In this document: in pieces, positions 18,837-28,229 of the stretch
Position numbering within the stretch: the stretch's first letter is position 1
Layout: the number at the start of each line of letters is the position of its first letter
Origin: Verrucomicrobiota bacterium
Lineage (GTDB): Bacteria > Verrucomicrobiota > Verrucomicrobiia > Opitutales > Opitutaceae
Reading direction: 5' to 3'
Assembly: GCA_041691855.1 (NCBI GenBank)
Contig: JBEPTW010000001.1
Location: 14,215 to 78,214 of the forward strand
Length of the DNA: 64,000 nucleotides
Made by a program: the position numbers and the translations under genes
The notes under the pieces: generated by a model
What the model was told of the DNA's origin: nothing
The model's input: the letters and a program-made list of their open reading frames with translations, nothing else
Database searches by the model: none

Positions 18837-20678
18837 CTAATTCGGCTGCTCCTTTGAAAGCTGAAGAATCACCTTTGTCGCGCCAGTCGCAATCGCCTCG
18901 CTTTGATCTGGTGATACGAGTTCGCCATCCCACGAAACATTCTCGCCGAGAGCAATAGTATGTTCCTCCGCTGGCAACTCGGCCAGATAATGAGCCCTCA
19001 AGCCACTGCCTTGCCCGGCGTCTCGGTACAACACGATGAACTCATTTTTGTGTGCATTGATGGTCGTACCGTCCGGCACTGTTACTACTGAAACGGGCGT
19101 GCCGAACGTTTGCGTCTTTACACAACCCAGAATTTCGCGCCGAACAAACTCTTCATACGAAGCCATGAGTGATTGTTCCTGCAAGTTTCTCATTTCATTC
19201 ATTTTCTCGAACAAGACGTCAGATCGATCGGCAGGAACACTCCCCTTGGAATTGAAAACCACTGCGGCCGAAGAACATTTATCTACCAGCCCTTGCGCCC
19301 GGTTTATAGACTGATGCGCGTCGTACTCAGCCCTAGCAATAGACTCCAGCTCTTCACGCGTTTCAGTCTCGGAAACCGTGCTATTTTGAAGCGTTTCGCG
19401 TAGCCTTTGGCGCGTAGCATTGTAAGCGACACGACCCGAAAGATACTCGATAATCAGTTTGTCCATTTTCCTCAACTCACTCCAGCTGTAGACGTCCCTA
19501 TCTGGTAGGTTCACGAAAGCGAAGTCGCCCACGAAGTACACACTTCTAACATTACTGAAATCCTCATGACCGTTTGAAGTCTCGGAATATTGCGCTTTCG
19601 GAACGTGAAGCAAAACCTCCTTTGCATCCATGGATTTTGGGCCTTTCCCATCGCCCGAAAAAACTTCGTTTCTCCTGAAGGAACCTAAAAGTTGAAGCAG
19701 CCTTTTGCCATAATATTGTTCGTCCGAATCCCCACCAACAGCATCAAGCTGACTTTCTATCGAAGTAATGTGTTCGGCGAGCTCTGACAAAACTTTCTCT
19801 TTTGCTCTTTTTGCTTCGAGGAATTCCGCCTCCGGTTTCTGGAATTTCGACTCAGCATCCGCTAAGCTCGCTTGAGCCTCAGTGGTTCGTCGCAGCAATT
19901 CTGCGGATATCACAGCGTGCATTCTATCGGCTTGGCGACTGCGTTCCGCCGCGCTGGCTTTTAACTCGGAATACTTCCGTAAAAACTCCTTCGCCTTTTG
20001 TTTTAAAAGTATCGAATTTTCAGCGCTGTATCTGACGACCTGTGTATAAATCACCATTGGTGCAACGGTAGCGACCTCGGGAGGTAGCGACAGCTGCGGT
20101 CGGGTTGCTAGAATAGTTTGCGCAGCAGTTTCCTTTGGCACCACTTGGACGGTTTCGACTCTCATGGAAGAAATCATCAAGAACGCAAACGGCGCACACA
20201 CTATGCCGCCAATTACAATTCTCCAACCCCAGTTCAATCTTGAGGAGGAAACCGGCGGTTTGCGCGGAGATTGAGGCGGCTTTTGTGGCGATGGTTTTGA
20301 TCTAGGTGGCTGTTCGTGTGGTGGTCGTTGTTGCTGTCGAGGCGGTGGCTGTTGCTGCTGACTTTGACGGCCCGATTTCGCGTTCGAAGATTCACCGTCG
20401 GCAGGTTTTTGTCTAGGCTGCGGCCTATGTGGTGGATTTGAATTTGTAGACGAGACGTTTGGCCGTGGCGGATCGGCCGTAACACTACGTAGTCGTTCGT
20501 AAGCGAGATTGATTTTCTTCAGTTTTTCTTGCGCCTTATCCTGCATCCTCCGGTCATTGGTGAACCGGTCTGGATGCCATGCTTTCACCTGGTCGCGCCA
20601 CGCGCGTTTTACTTCCTCCGAGGATGCTCCGGGTTCTAAATCTAGAATCTGATAGCACTCGCGCAGCTCATTTATCAC
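18837..20678 (-). CDS. J-domain protein with Pro/Gln linker, one TM helix and a large uncharacterised extracytoplasmic region
   Basis: CYQILDLEPGASSEEVKRAWRDQVKAWHPDRF J-domain; WRIVIGGIVCAPFAFLMISS TM; AT-richer sequence. Confidence 0.8.
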   Translation of the reverse strand: MINELRECYQILDLEPGASSEEVKRAWRDQVKAWHPDRFTNDRRMQDKAQEKLKKINLAYERLRSVTADPPRPNVSSTNSNPPHRPQPRQKPADGESSNAKSGRQSQQQQPPPRQQQRPPHEQPPRSKPSPQKPPQSPRKPPVSSSRLNWGWRIVIGGIVCAPFAFLMISSMRVETVQVVPKETAAQTILATRPQLSLPPEVATVAPMVIYTQVVRYSAENSILLKQKAKEFLRKYSELKASAAERSRQADRMHAVISAELLRRTTEAQASLADAESKFQKPEAEFLEAKRAKEKVLSELAEHITSIESQLDAVGGDSDEQYYGKRLLQLLGSFRRNEVFSGDGKGPKSMDAKEVLLHVPKAQYSETSNGHEDFSNVRSVYFVGDFAFVNLPDRDVYSWSELRKMDKLIIEYLSGRVAYNATRQRLRETLQNSTVSETETREELESIARAEYDAHQSINRAQGLVDKCSSAAVVFNSKGSVPADRSDVLFEKMNEMRNLQEQSLMASYEEFVRREILGCVKTQTFGTPVSVVTVPDGTTINAHKNEFIVLYRDAGQGSGLRAHYLAELPAEEHTIALGENVSWDGELVSPDQSEAIATGATKVILQLSKEQPN

Positions 20679-20830
20679 CGAGTTTTAATGCTCAGATTTA
20701 AAGTTCTCCACAATGCGAAAGTTATAACGAATTTCGGCAAGGGGTACTGCAAACGAGATCGGGCTTAGATGTTTGACCTCTCACCACTGACAATATCAAT
20801 TGGTTAAGCTGACCCATTTTCACTCCGTGA

Positions 20831-21202
20831 CGAATTTAAAGGGTGAACCTTTGTGGTTTGTAGCTCGGTTGAATTCGACTGGAAAGTAAAGCGGCGGGAT
20901 AAATTTTCCGTTATTTTTGGTAGACATCTGCCGGCCTATTTCTCGCTGTGCTAATCTGAAGTAAGTATGTCGACGACCACACCCCATAAAGTTGATCCCG
21001 ATTTCTGCGCCCTGTCCAACCCGAGGGGTCCACTTCATCCAATCTCATGAATAAAATTCAGTACCGTCCCACAGGGGTATCAAAAAAGGGGTCAGGCCGC
21101 TAGGCGCTACTGCTCGCAAGTCTTAAATGCATTCTGAAGATCGAATTTAAGGGAGCAAACTTCGTGGTTTGTGGCTCGGCTGAATTAGGCTGGAATTTAA
21201 AG
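20831..21202 (+). repeat. Imperfect 61-bp direct repeat (20831-20891 and 21142-21202)
   Basis: Manual alignment gives about 51 identities over 62 columns. Confidence 0.7.
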
Positions 21203-21239
21203 AGCAGAAGCCCGACATGCTCCTGAAGAAAGGCCCTTT

Positions 21240-21534
21240 TCAGCTCAGGCGGTTGCGCCAATAACCGGGACGACGCTTGAAGTGAGAAACCGCAAGGACG
21301 AGCACATGATCGTTTCGGTCCACATAGAGCAACGCCTAAAGAAAAGTAACGCCAAAGTGCCTGCGCACGGGTGAAGCAAAAACGCGGAAACGCTGCGGTG
21401 CCTCACACACGTCGCGCAACAACCTCGTTATCTCTTCGTAGAAACGATCCGCCAAGCCCGGGCTTTCCTCGCGATAATAGGCCAGCGCCTCGGCCATATC
21501 CGTCTCCGCCGGTCGGTGGACGATGCAGCTTCAC
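21240..21534 (-). pseudogene. ParE/RelE-family toxin pseudogene
   Basis: GTG-AAG-CTG, then an extra C, then IVHRPAETDMAEALAYYREESPGLADRF...RRHFGVTFL*ALLY...LAVSHFKRRPGYWRNRLS; in-frame TAG at 21336-21338. Confidence 0.85.
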
Positions 21535-21764
21535 CAGCCGATGAGTTTGCGCATCCGCGCCATGACTTCATCGCCAGGAATCGATTGCACCTGGCCGCTG
21601 TCAATTTCCGCGAGCCGCCGCAGCGCCTCCTGTCCCCAAGCGGCCTCCACCGACGGATCAATACCGCCATGCAATTCCAAGCCGATGCGGTCAAAAAGTT
21701 CGGCCACCAAGTCGCGTGGCAACTGACGGGCTTCCGCGACGATTTGTTCAACGGTCATGCTCAT
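21531..21764 (-). CDS. Addiction-module antitoxin (TIGR02574-like)
   Basis: EARQLPRD..AEL, VEAAWGQEALRRLAEIDSGQVQSIPGDEV; GTGA overlap with the toxin start. Confidence 0.85.
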   Translation of the reverse strand: MSMTVEQIVAEARQLPRDLVAELFDRIGLELHGGIDPSVEAAWGQEALRRLAEIDSGQVQSIPGDEVMARMRKLIGW

Positions 21765-22223
21765 GTTTTCACAGTATCGTTTTATCTTCCAGCGGCAAGT
21801 CTGGGAATGCCGTTACCTGACTTTTCAGGGGGCAGCGAGCATGCTTCCCCGCGACATATTGATCACCAACAACGGCGGTGAAGGTAATGGGGTTCGTTGG
21901 TCTATGTGGGCGCAAAAGCTTGGGGCTCTCCCACGCCCATGATTGAGACGGATTCACGGCTGAATCCACGAGGCAACCATAGCGGTTGGTGGTTTGGCTA
22001 AAGTCGACGGGAACTTAGAGGAGCGGGAGAAATTTTGCGCCATTTACGGTGAGCTTTCGCCGGTCTATTTCTCGCTTTTTTCTCTGAAGGAAGTGTATCG
22101 ATGACTACGCCCCACAACGGCTGATCCCCTTTGTCCGCCCCGACCCCGGCAGATGGTCGTCTTCCGTTTTTTGGATTCCGATTTGCATTGAATCCATGCG
22201 TTCACACAGTCCGGGACTTTACC

Positions 22224-23285
22224 ATGGCTCGTCGTCGTCAAAGCTCCTCTTGGAAACAGTATTCTGCACCGGTCCAGCCGGTGAATCGCTGCCGCATTCT
22301 GCTGGTGATCGACAATCAACCTCTTCAGGTCGCGGCGTGGGCTAGCCTGCGAAACGCAAGAAAACGCCTCGAAAAAACCACGCGCGATCTGCACCGCCAC
22401 GAGGAAATAGACGAGCCGGCCTTTCGCGCTTGGATTTCGACGACCTTTCCCACGGCCGTGTCCACGATCCGCGAACTTGCCCAAGAGGTCGCGGCGAAAC
22501 ACCGCATTATCGATGACGTCGAACATGAATCGTATGTGACGGGACGTTCCGCAGGCCAGATCTGGCGCGAGTGGCAGCAAAACGGCGGACGTCCGCCCGA
22601 ACCGCTGCCCGGCATGAACGAGTCGAGTGGTGGACCGTCCCCGGATGAACCGCTCGGCGGCGCGGAGGCTGCCTTTGACGAGGACATGAAAGGGTTGTTT
22701 GGCGACGAGGGCACCGACGCGGGCGATCCATTTGCCGATGCTTTTCGGGAAGCGGCCGAGACTCTTTTCGGCTTCGGCGGCCCGCGCCCGAAATCTGAAC
22801 GGGCTCAAGAGGAGGCGCGTACGATCTATCGTCGGCTGGTGCAGCATTTGCACCCAGATCGGGGCGGAGAGTGGACTCCGGCGAGGGCGCGAGTCTGGGA
22901 GCAGACGCAAGCGGCGTGGGCGGCGCGCGATGCCGACTGGCTGGCGCGACTCGAAGCGGAATGGGAGGTCGGAGCGGATTTGCTTGGGCCAACCAGTTCA
23001 ATCGGTCGCCTTCGTGCGGCGTTGGTTGCGATCGACGCCGCACGACGCGATGCGGAGAAGCGGCTGCGCCTCTATCGCAAGGACCCCGCGTGGCGCTTTT
23101 CGCTGCGTCCGGTGTCGGCCGCCTTGTCGGATCAGCTGGAGCAGCAGTTTCGCGATGATGAGTTCATGCTGCGCCGGGAACTCAGCGCGTTGGAGGAGAC
23201 GCTGGCGCGCTGGGCCAAAGTGCGCCCCCGCCGCCGGCGCACGAATTCCCGAGCGCGCCCATCGGATTTTGGGTCGCCGTGGTAA
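22224..23285 (+). CDS. Coiled-coil protein with an internal J-domain
   Basis: ARTIYRRLVQHLHPDRGG (HPD). ATG at 22224. Confidence 0.75.
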   Translation: MARRRQSSSWKQYSAPVQPVNRCRILLVIDNQPLQVAAWASLRNARKRLEKTTRDLHRHEEIDEPAFRAWISTTFPTAVSTIRELAQEVAAKHRIIDDVEHESYVTGRSAGQIWREWQQNGGRPPEPLPGMNESSGGPSPDEPLGGAEAAFDEDMKGLFGDEGTDAGDPFADAFREAAETLFGFGGPRPKSERAQEEARTIYRRLVQHLHPDRGGEWTPARARVWEQTQAAWAARDADWLARLEAEWEVGADLLGPTSSIGRLRAALVAIDAARRDAEKRLRLYRKDPAWRFSLRPVSAALSDQLEQQFRDDEFMLRRELSALEETLARWAKVRPRRRRTNSRARPSDFGSPW

Positions 23286-23391
23286 CGCGCGTTTGCGGCC
23301 CAGTAAAATCCCGCGGATGACCGGAGCATTACGGCTACGGGCAACTAGCGAATTATGCGCGGCGTTTTTCACACCGCAACATGAAGGGCGG

Positions 23392-23976
23392 TTACAGCCC
23401 CAGTCCCGACAGTAGGACCTCGGTCTGTTGTTCCATTTGTCGGCGGTCGTGCAGGACCCGTACTACTCGGAAGAAGCCTTGCATGTAGGTAACGATGACC
23501 CTCGCGACCGGTTCCGTTTGAAATTGGGAGGAAAGTTCTCCGGCCGACTTGGCCGCCTCAAGTCGAAGCGTCAGGGCCTTTTGGAGGCCTTGCATCTCTG
23601 CCAAAACGTATTTTTTCAGATCGTGGGAACTGAGCACATCATTTGAAAGGCTGGCGGCCATCAGACAAACGTTTGGAACCTTTGGGTTATCCAAGTCCTC
23701 CAACACTATTTCGATGAACCTGCGAACCGCTTTTTTTACCGACGACTCAGACAAAAGAGCCTTCCAGCGTTTGGCCGTCACCGTATCCTGATAGTATTTC
23801 AGGCAAAGTAGATAGAGATGCTGTTTGCTTTTGACGCTATTGTAGAACGAGCCCTCTCCAATTTTCATGACTTTGAGCAGGTCGCGCACCGAAGTACTGG
23901 AGTAACCTTTGGCCCAGAACAAACGTGTGGCCGCGTCGATCGCGTGATCGTAATCGAATTGTTTTTTTCCGCTCAT
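23392..23976 (-). CDS. TetR/AcrR family regulator
   Basis: KQFDYDHAIDAATRLFWAKGYSSTSVRDL..GSFYNS..K. ATG at 23976. Confidence 0.92.
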   Translation of the reverse strand: MSGKKQFDYDHAIDAATRLFWAKGYSSTSVRDLLKVMKIGEGSFYNSVKSKQHLYLLCLKYYQDTVTAKRWKALLSESSVKKAVRRFIEIVLEDLDNPKVPNVCLMAASLSNDVLSSHDLKKYVLAEMQGLQKALTLRLEAAKSAGELSSQFQTEPVARVIVTYMQGFFRVVRVLHDRRQMEQQTEVLLSGLGL

Positions 23977-24051
23977 GGAGATGATTTCATTCTGAAACTG
24001 TAGCGATCGATAAAAGATCCTTGCATTCGAGTCAAGGAGGGGCATGAACCA

Positions 24052-24073
24052 TCTTGTAACGTATGATACAAGA
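24052..24073. promoter_or_regulatory. Probable TetR operator
   Basis: Palindrome TCTTGTAAC-GTAT-GATACAAGA between the divergent tetR and NmrA-like genes. Confidence 0.65.
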
Positions 24074-24104
24074 AATGATAAATACGTGTCACGGAGATTA
24101 AAAC

Positions 24105-25154
24105 ATGCACAAACCGAAGATTTTGTTAACGGGAGCAACGGGCAAGACAGGGTCGGCCACGGCGCTCCTCCTGCTGAAAAGTGGCTACCCGGTTCGCGCT
24201 TTTGCCCACCGAGCCGACGGTCGAAGCGATGCCTTAAGGGCGGCCGGTGCCGAAATATTCGTTGGCTCCATGGAAGATCCTATCCACGTCAGGGACGCAC
24301 TCGTGGGCGTGCAGAGAGCGTATTTTTGTGCACCGCTTGAACCGGGGATCTTGAGAAAAGCGACGACCTTTGCAGTCGCGGCCCAGGAGGCTAAGCTCGA
24401 GGTTGTTGTCGTCTTGAGCCAGTGGCTGGTCGACGCGACCCACCTCTCTGTCCATGCTCGCGAAAAATACCTGATGGGTCGGGTCTTTGAATGGGCGCCC
24501 GAGCTTGATTCCGTAACGATCAATCCCGGCTGGTTCGCAGATAACTATATGACTGCGCTGGATTCGATCTCCCAGTTTGGGGTAATGGCGCTTCCGTTGG
24601 GAAGTGGACTCAACGCTCCTCCTTCCAATGAGGATATCGCCAGGGTCGTTGCTGGCGCGTTGGTTCACCCCGAACTTCACATCGGGAAATCGTATCGACC
24701 TACCGGCCCCAAGCTTCTCTCACCCGAAGAAATCGCGTCCATTTTTGGAAAGATTCTTGGCAGAAAGGTTCAGTACAGCGATGCGCCGCTGAATCTATTT
24801 TTGAAATTCGCCCGAGCGATTGGTTTGTCTGATTTTCTCATTGTTCAGCTTCATTCATTTCTTCTGGACTATCAGCGAGGCTCTTTTGGGATTGGCGCTC
24901 CCACGAATGCGGTGCTTGAGGTCGGCGGGGCGGAACCGGAAAGCTTTGATGCCATCGCCCGCCGCTACGTGACTCATTCCCCGTTTTTCAAGAGGACTCC
25001 ATCCTTGATGGCAGCAGCGGCGTGGCGGATGGCCAAAGCGATCGCGACTCCGGCTCCGGATTTAGAGAAACTGGCCGATCGGATGGGCCTCCCCAAAATA
25101 GCACACGGAAATTTGGCCGCGGACTCACCGACTTGGCGGGCGTCTCACGGATGA
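24105..25154 (+). CDS. NmrA-like NAD(P)-binding protein
   Basis: ILLTGATGKTG, PGWFADN, EDIARVVA, PTGPKLLS. Confidence 0.88.
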   Translation: MHKPKILLTGATGKTGSATALLLLKSGYPVRAFAHRADGRSDALRAAGAEIFVGSMEDPIHVRDALVGVQRAYFCAPLEPGILRKATTFAVAAQEAKLEVVVVLSQWLVDATHLSVHAREKYLMGRVFEWAPELDSVTINPGWFADNYMTALDSISQFGVMALPLGSGLNAPPSNEDIARVVAGALVHPELHIGKSYRPTGPKLLSPEEIASIFGKILGRKVQYSDAPLNLFLKFARAIGLSDFLIVQLHSFLLDYQRGSFGIGAPTNAVLEVGGAEPESFDAIARRYVTHSPFFKRTPSLMAAAAWRMAKAIATPAPDLEKLADRMGLPKIAHGNLAADSPTWRASHG

Positions 25155-25369
25155 CGACGTCCAAACTTACGCGCCAATTTGCGTGTTTCAAAAAATACGG
25201 ATTTAGCAATAGTTTCCCCGACGAGCTTTCAGTTGAGCAGCGCGCCGCAGACGCACTTTGAGTCGCATCCTTTTTAGCCGTTCTTCACGGCGAGCTGAAA
25301 AGGGCAAGTCGGTCCGGCGTCGCACGCGCGCGTGGGCGGTCGCGTTCAAAATTGACGAAAGGTCCGGGT

Positions 25370-25395
25370 GGTCCGACCATTTAGTCGGGCCCTAC
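25370..25395 (-). repeat. Single GTAG-type REP
   Basis: Reverse complement reads gtag-ggcccgac-taaatg-gtcggacc. Confidence 0.5.
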
Positions 25396-25462
25396 CCACC
25401 ATGAACGCTCCACGACATCTTTCGGTGAAATGCCCGGATCGCCCGTTGCGTGAGCCATCCTG

Positions 25463-28213
25463 ATGAATCTTCGGACAAAATTGATCGGAGGATTTTTTGC
25501 CGCCGCCTTGATCGCGCTGCTGGTCTCATTGGTCGGTTATTGGCAGACGCAGAAGCTGGCGTCTGCTTTGTATGAGGTCGGGGTGGTGCGATTGCCGAGC
25601 GTGCAGGCGTTGGATATGGTTTTCGAAGCCAAGACCTCGTTGGATGCTTCCAAACGCGAACTGATCCACGAAGCCACCAGGATCGAAGCGGGTGGGAAGG
25701 AGGACGCCGATTGGAACCGGACGTTGGCGGAGGAATTGAAACGTCAGCAACATTCCTGGCAACGCGCCGAGAAAGGCCTGTTCGCCTACAAGGCGTTGCC
25801 CAAGACTCCGGCGGAAACTGAACAATGGACGGCTTTTGTTCCGGAGTGGGAAGCCTGGCGGGAAAGTTATCGGAAAGTAATGGACCTATTTCAACAGACG
25901 CGGAATTCCTGGAACCCGTCCCTATTGGAAGAGGCCCGCCGGGAAAACGAAGATCACCTCTATGATCCGGCGCGACGCTCGCGCGAGCTGCTGACGGAAT
26001 TGCTGCGCATAAATGAACGGGCGGCGGAAAGCACCCGGCAGCAGTCGGTGGCGAGTCGCCGTGATATTCGCGTGCTGGGTTATGTCATGCTGTTTGCCGC
26101 CGCCGCCAGCGTCGCCGGGGCGTTGGGCTGCGGCGTGCTCGTGAGCCGTTTGATCCGCCGGCCAATGGGGCGGATGGCTGACGCGTTTTCGCGGATTTCC
26201 CAAGGGGATTTGAAAACTCCGGTACCGGTCGATTCGCCGGATGAAATCGGGCAGATGGCCGAAGCGATGAATCGGACCCTGGAAACTCTGCGAAACAACG
26301 AGGCCCGGTTTCGCGCCATTTTTGAAAATTCGTTCGATGGAATCGGCGTTTCCAAGGGAGACCGTTTGGTGTTCGCCAATCCCGCCCTGCTGGCGCTTTT
26401 TGGCTATAACGACGAGGCGGAAATGATCGGCCGACCGGTCTTTGACTTCATTGCTCCCGACGGGCGCGCAGTACTTGATGAGCGAAGCCGGCGCGGGGCC
26501 CTGGGCGAAAAACTGCCGGCGACGTTTGAGCTGACTGGATTGCGCGGGAACGGCGACAAATTCATCGTCGAAATCCACACGGCCAGTTTCTTGCTCAACG
26601 GCGAAGCCCACGTGGTCGCCATTCATCGCGACATCACCGAGCGCCGGCGCGCCGCCATCGAGTTGGCCGAATCCGCGAAGCGGCTGGAACTGGCGTTGCA
26701 CACTTCGAAACTTGGCATCTGGCGGCGACACCTGACGACTCAGGAGGGACAGTGGGACGAGCGCATGTTCGCTATTTTCGGCCTGCCGCCGAATTCGCCC
26801 GTGCCGACGCGCGAAGAAATGATGGCGTTGGTTATGCCTGAGGATAGCGAGGTTGTCTGGCAGTCCTGGAATCAACCTCCGACCACGGGCCGGACCTATC
26901 AACAAAGGTTTCGCATCAAAAGGCCCGACGGAACCATCCGTTATTTGGAAGTTCACGGGATGCTTCACGAGGAAGCTGGTCCCGGGTCGGAATGGGCCAT
27001 GGGCGTGACGGGTGATGTCACTGAAATTGTCGATGCCGCTGCAGAATCTGCCCGCCTCCGTGAGCGCTTGTCGGAAGCGCGCAAGATGGAGGCACTCGGC
27101 ACTCTTTCCGCGGGCATTGCGCACGATTTCAACAATCTGCTCACCAGCACCACGGCATTTATCGAACTTTCCTCAACGACGTTGCCGGCCGGCCACGAGG
27201 CCATCGCTTTCCTGAAGGGCGCGCGTCAAGGTGTCCATAGTGCGCGGGATCTCGTTCGACGGATCCTGACGTTCTCGCGGCGCACGCAGGAATTCCACCG
27301 GGCACCCCTCGGCGTCGGTGAAGTGGTGCGGGACACCGCCCCGTTGATCGCGGCGGCGCTGCCAACCCACGTCGGACTGGATCTCGCCATCGACTCGGGC
27401 CTGCCGGCGGTGAATGCCGACGGCGGCCAAATTCAGCAAGTACTGATGAACCTCTGTACCAACGGCGCTCACGCCATCGGCACCGGGAAGGGAAATTTGC
27501 AAATCGGGGTCAGTCTGCGGGATTTTACCGGAGTTCCGGACGAAAGGAGGCCGGACGGTTGCGCGGCCGCGCAACATGTTTGTCTCTCCGTGAGCGACAC
27601 CGGCAGTGGGATGGATGCCGTCACCTTGCGCCGGATCTTTGAACGCTTTTTCACTACGAAGAAAGCCGGCGAGGGCACCGGACTTGGCCTGGCGATCGTG
27701 AAGGATATCATGACCGCCCACGACGGCGGGATCGAGGTGACGAGCGAACCGGGTCGGGGAACCATCTTCCGGCTCTATTTTCCCGCCACGGCGGAAGAAA
27801 AAGTCGCGTCGACCCCGCCCGAAAGCGGACTCACCGTCCGGGGATATGGCCAGAGGATCCTGGTGGTCGATGATGAGCCCACCATCACCGCGGTCGTGCA
27901 AATTATCCTGACCAAAGCCGGCTATAATCCGGAGGTTTTCTGTTCGTCGCAGGAAGCCATGATCCGTTTCCAGCAGGCGCCGGGGGAATTTCATCTCCTG
28001 ATGATTGACCAGCAAATGCCCGGCCTCACGGGCGGTGATTTTATTGCCGGCGCGCGGCGTTTGGCTCCGGGGCTTCCCGTTGTCAAAATGAGCGGGCGCT
28101 TTGAATCTTTGCAAACGGATGACGAACCGAATCAACCAAAAACCCGACAGATAAAAAAACCATTTGAATTAAGCGAGCTGTTGGACCACGTGGCGGAAGC
28201 CTTGCGTTCGTGA
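25463..28213 (+). CDS. Hybrid sensor histidine kinase (four-helix-bundle sensor, HAMP, 2 PAS, HisKA, HATPase, receiver)
   Basis: Two TMs, DEIGQMA (HAMP), AGIAHDFNNLL (H-box), MNLCTNGAHA, FFTTK..GTGLGL, VVDDE..IDQQMP. Confidence 0.93.
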   Translation: MNLRTKLIGGFFAAALIALLVSLVGYWQTQKLASALYEVGVVRLPSVQALDMVFEAKTSLDASKRELIHEATRIEAGGKEDADWNRTLAEELKRQQHSWQRAEKGLFAYKALPKTPAETEQWTAFVPEWEAWRESYRKVMDLFQQTRNSWNPSLLEEARRENEDHLYDPARRSRELLTELLRINERAAESTRQQSVASRRDIRVLGYVMLFAAAASVAGALGCGVLVSRLIRRPMGRMADAFSRISQGDLKTPVPVDSPDEIGQMAEAMNRTLETLRNNEARFRAIFENSFDGIGVSKGDRLVFANPALLALFGYNDEAEMIGRPVFDFIAPDGRAVLDERSRRGALGEKLPATFELTGLRGNGDKFIVEIHTASFLLNGEAHVVAIHRDITERRRAAIELAESAKRLELALHTSKLGIWRRHLTTQEGQWDERMFAIFGLPPNSPVPTREEMMALVMPEDSEVVWQSWNQPPTTGRTYQQRFRIKRPDGTIRYLEVHGMLHEEAGPGSEWAMGVTGDVTEIVDAAAESARLRERLSEARKMEALGTLSAGIAHDFNNLLTSTTAFIELSSTTLPAGHEAIAFLKGARQGVHSARDLVRRILTFSRRTQEFHRAPLGVGEVVRDTAPLIAAALPTHVGLDLAIDSGLPAVNADGGQIQQVLMNLCTNGAHAIGTGKGNLQIGVSLRDFTGVPDERRPDGCAAAQHVCLSVSDTGSGMDAVTLRRIFERFFTTKKAGEGTGLGLAIVKDIMTAHDGGIEVTSEPGRGTIFRLYFPATAEEKVASTPPESGLTVRGYGQRILVVDDEPTITAVVQIILTKAGYNPEVFCSSQEAMIRFQQAPGEFHLLMIDQQMPGLTGGDFIAGARRLAPGLPVVKMSGRFESLQTDDEPNQPKTRQIKKPFELSELLDHVAEALRS

Positions 28214-28229
28214 GAGGAAGACCTCCTTT

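Noticed and set aside
21083-21897. aaaggggtcagg (about 21086) and aatggggttcgt (about 21887) as mobile-element ends around the TA module
   Set aside because: The similarity is short, the orientation is direct and there is no target duplication; too weak to call.
21769-22130. Small ORFs or a tRNA-like integration site upstream of the antitoxin
   Set aside because: No cloverleaf and no coding signal recognised.
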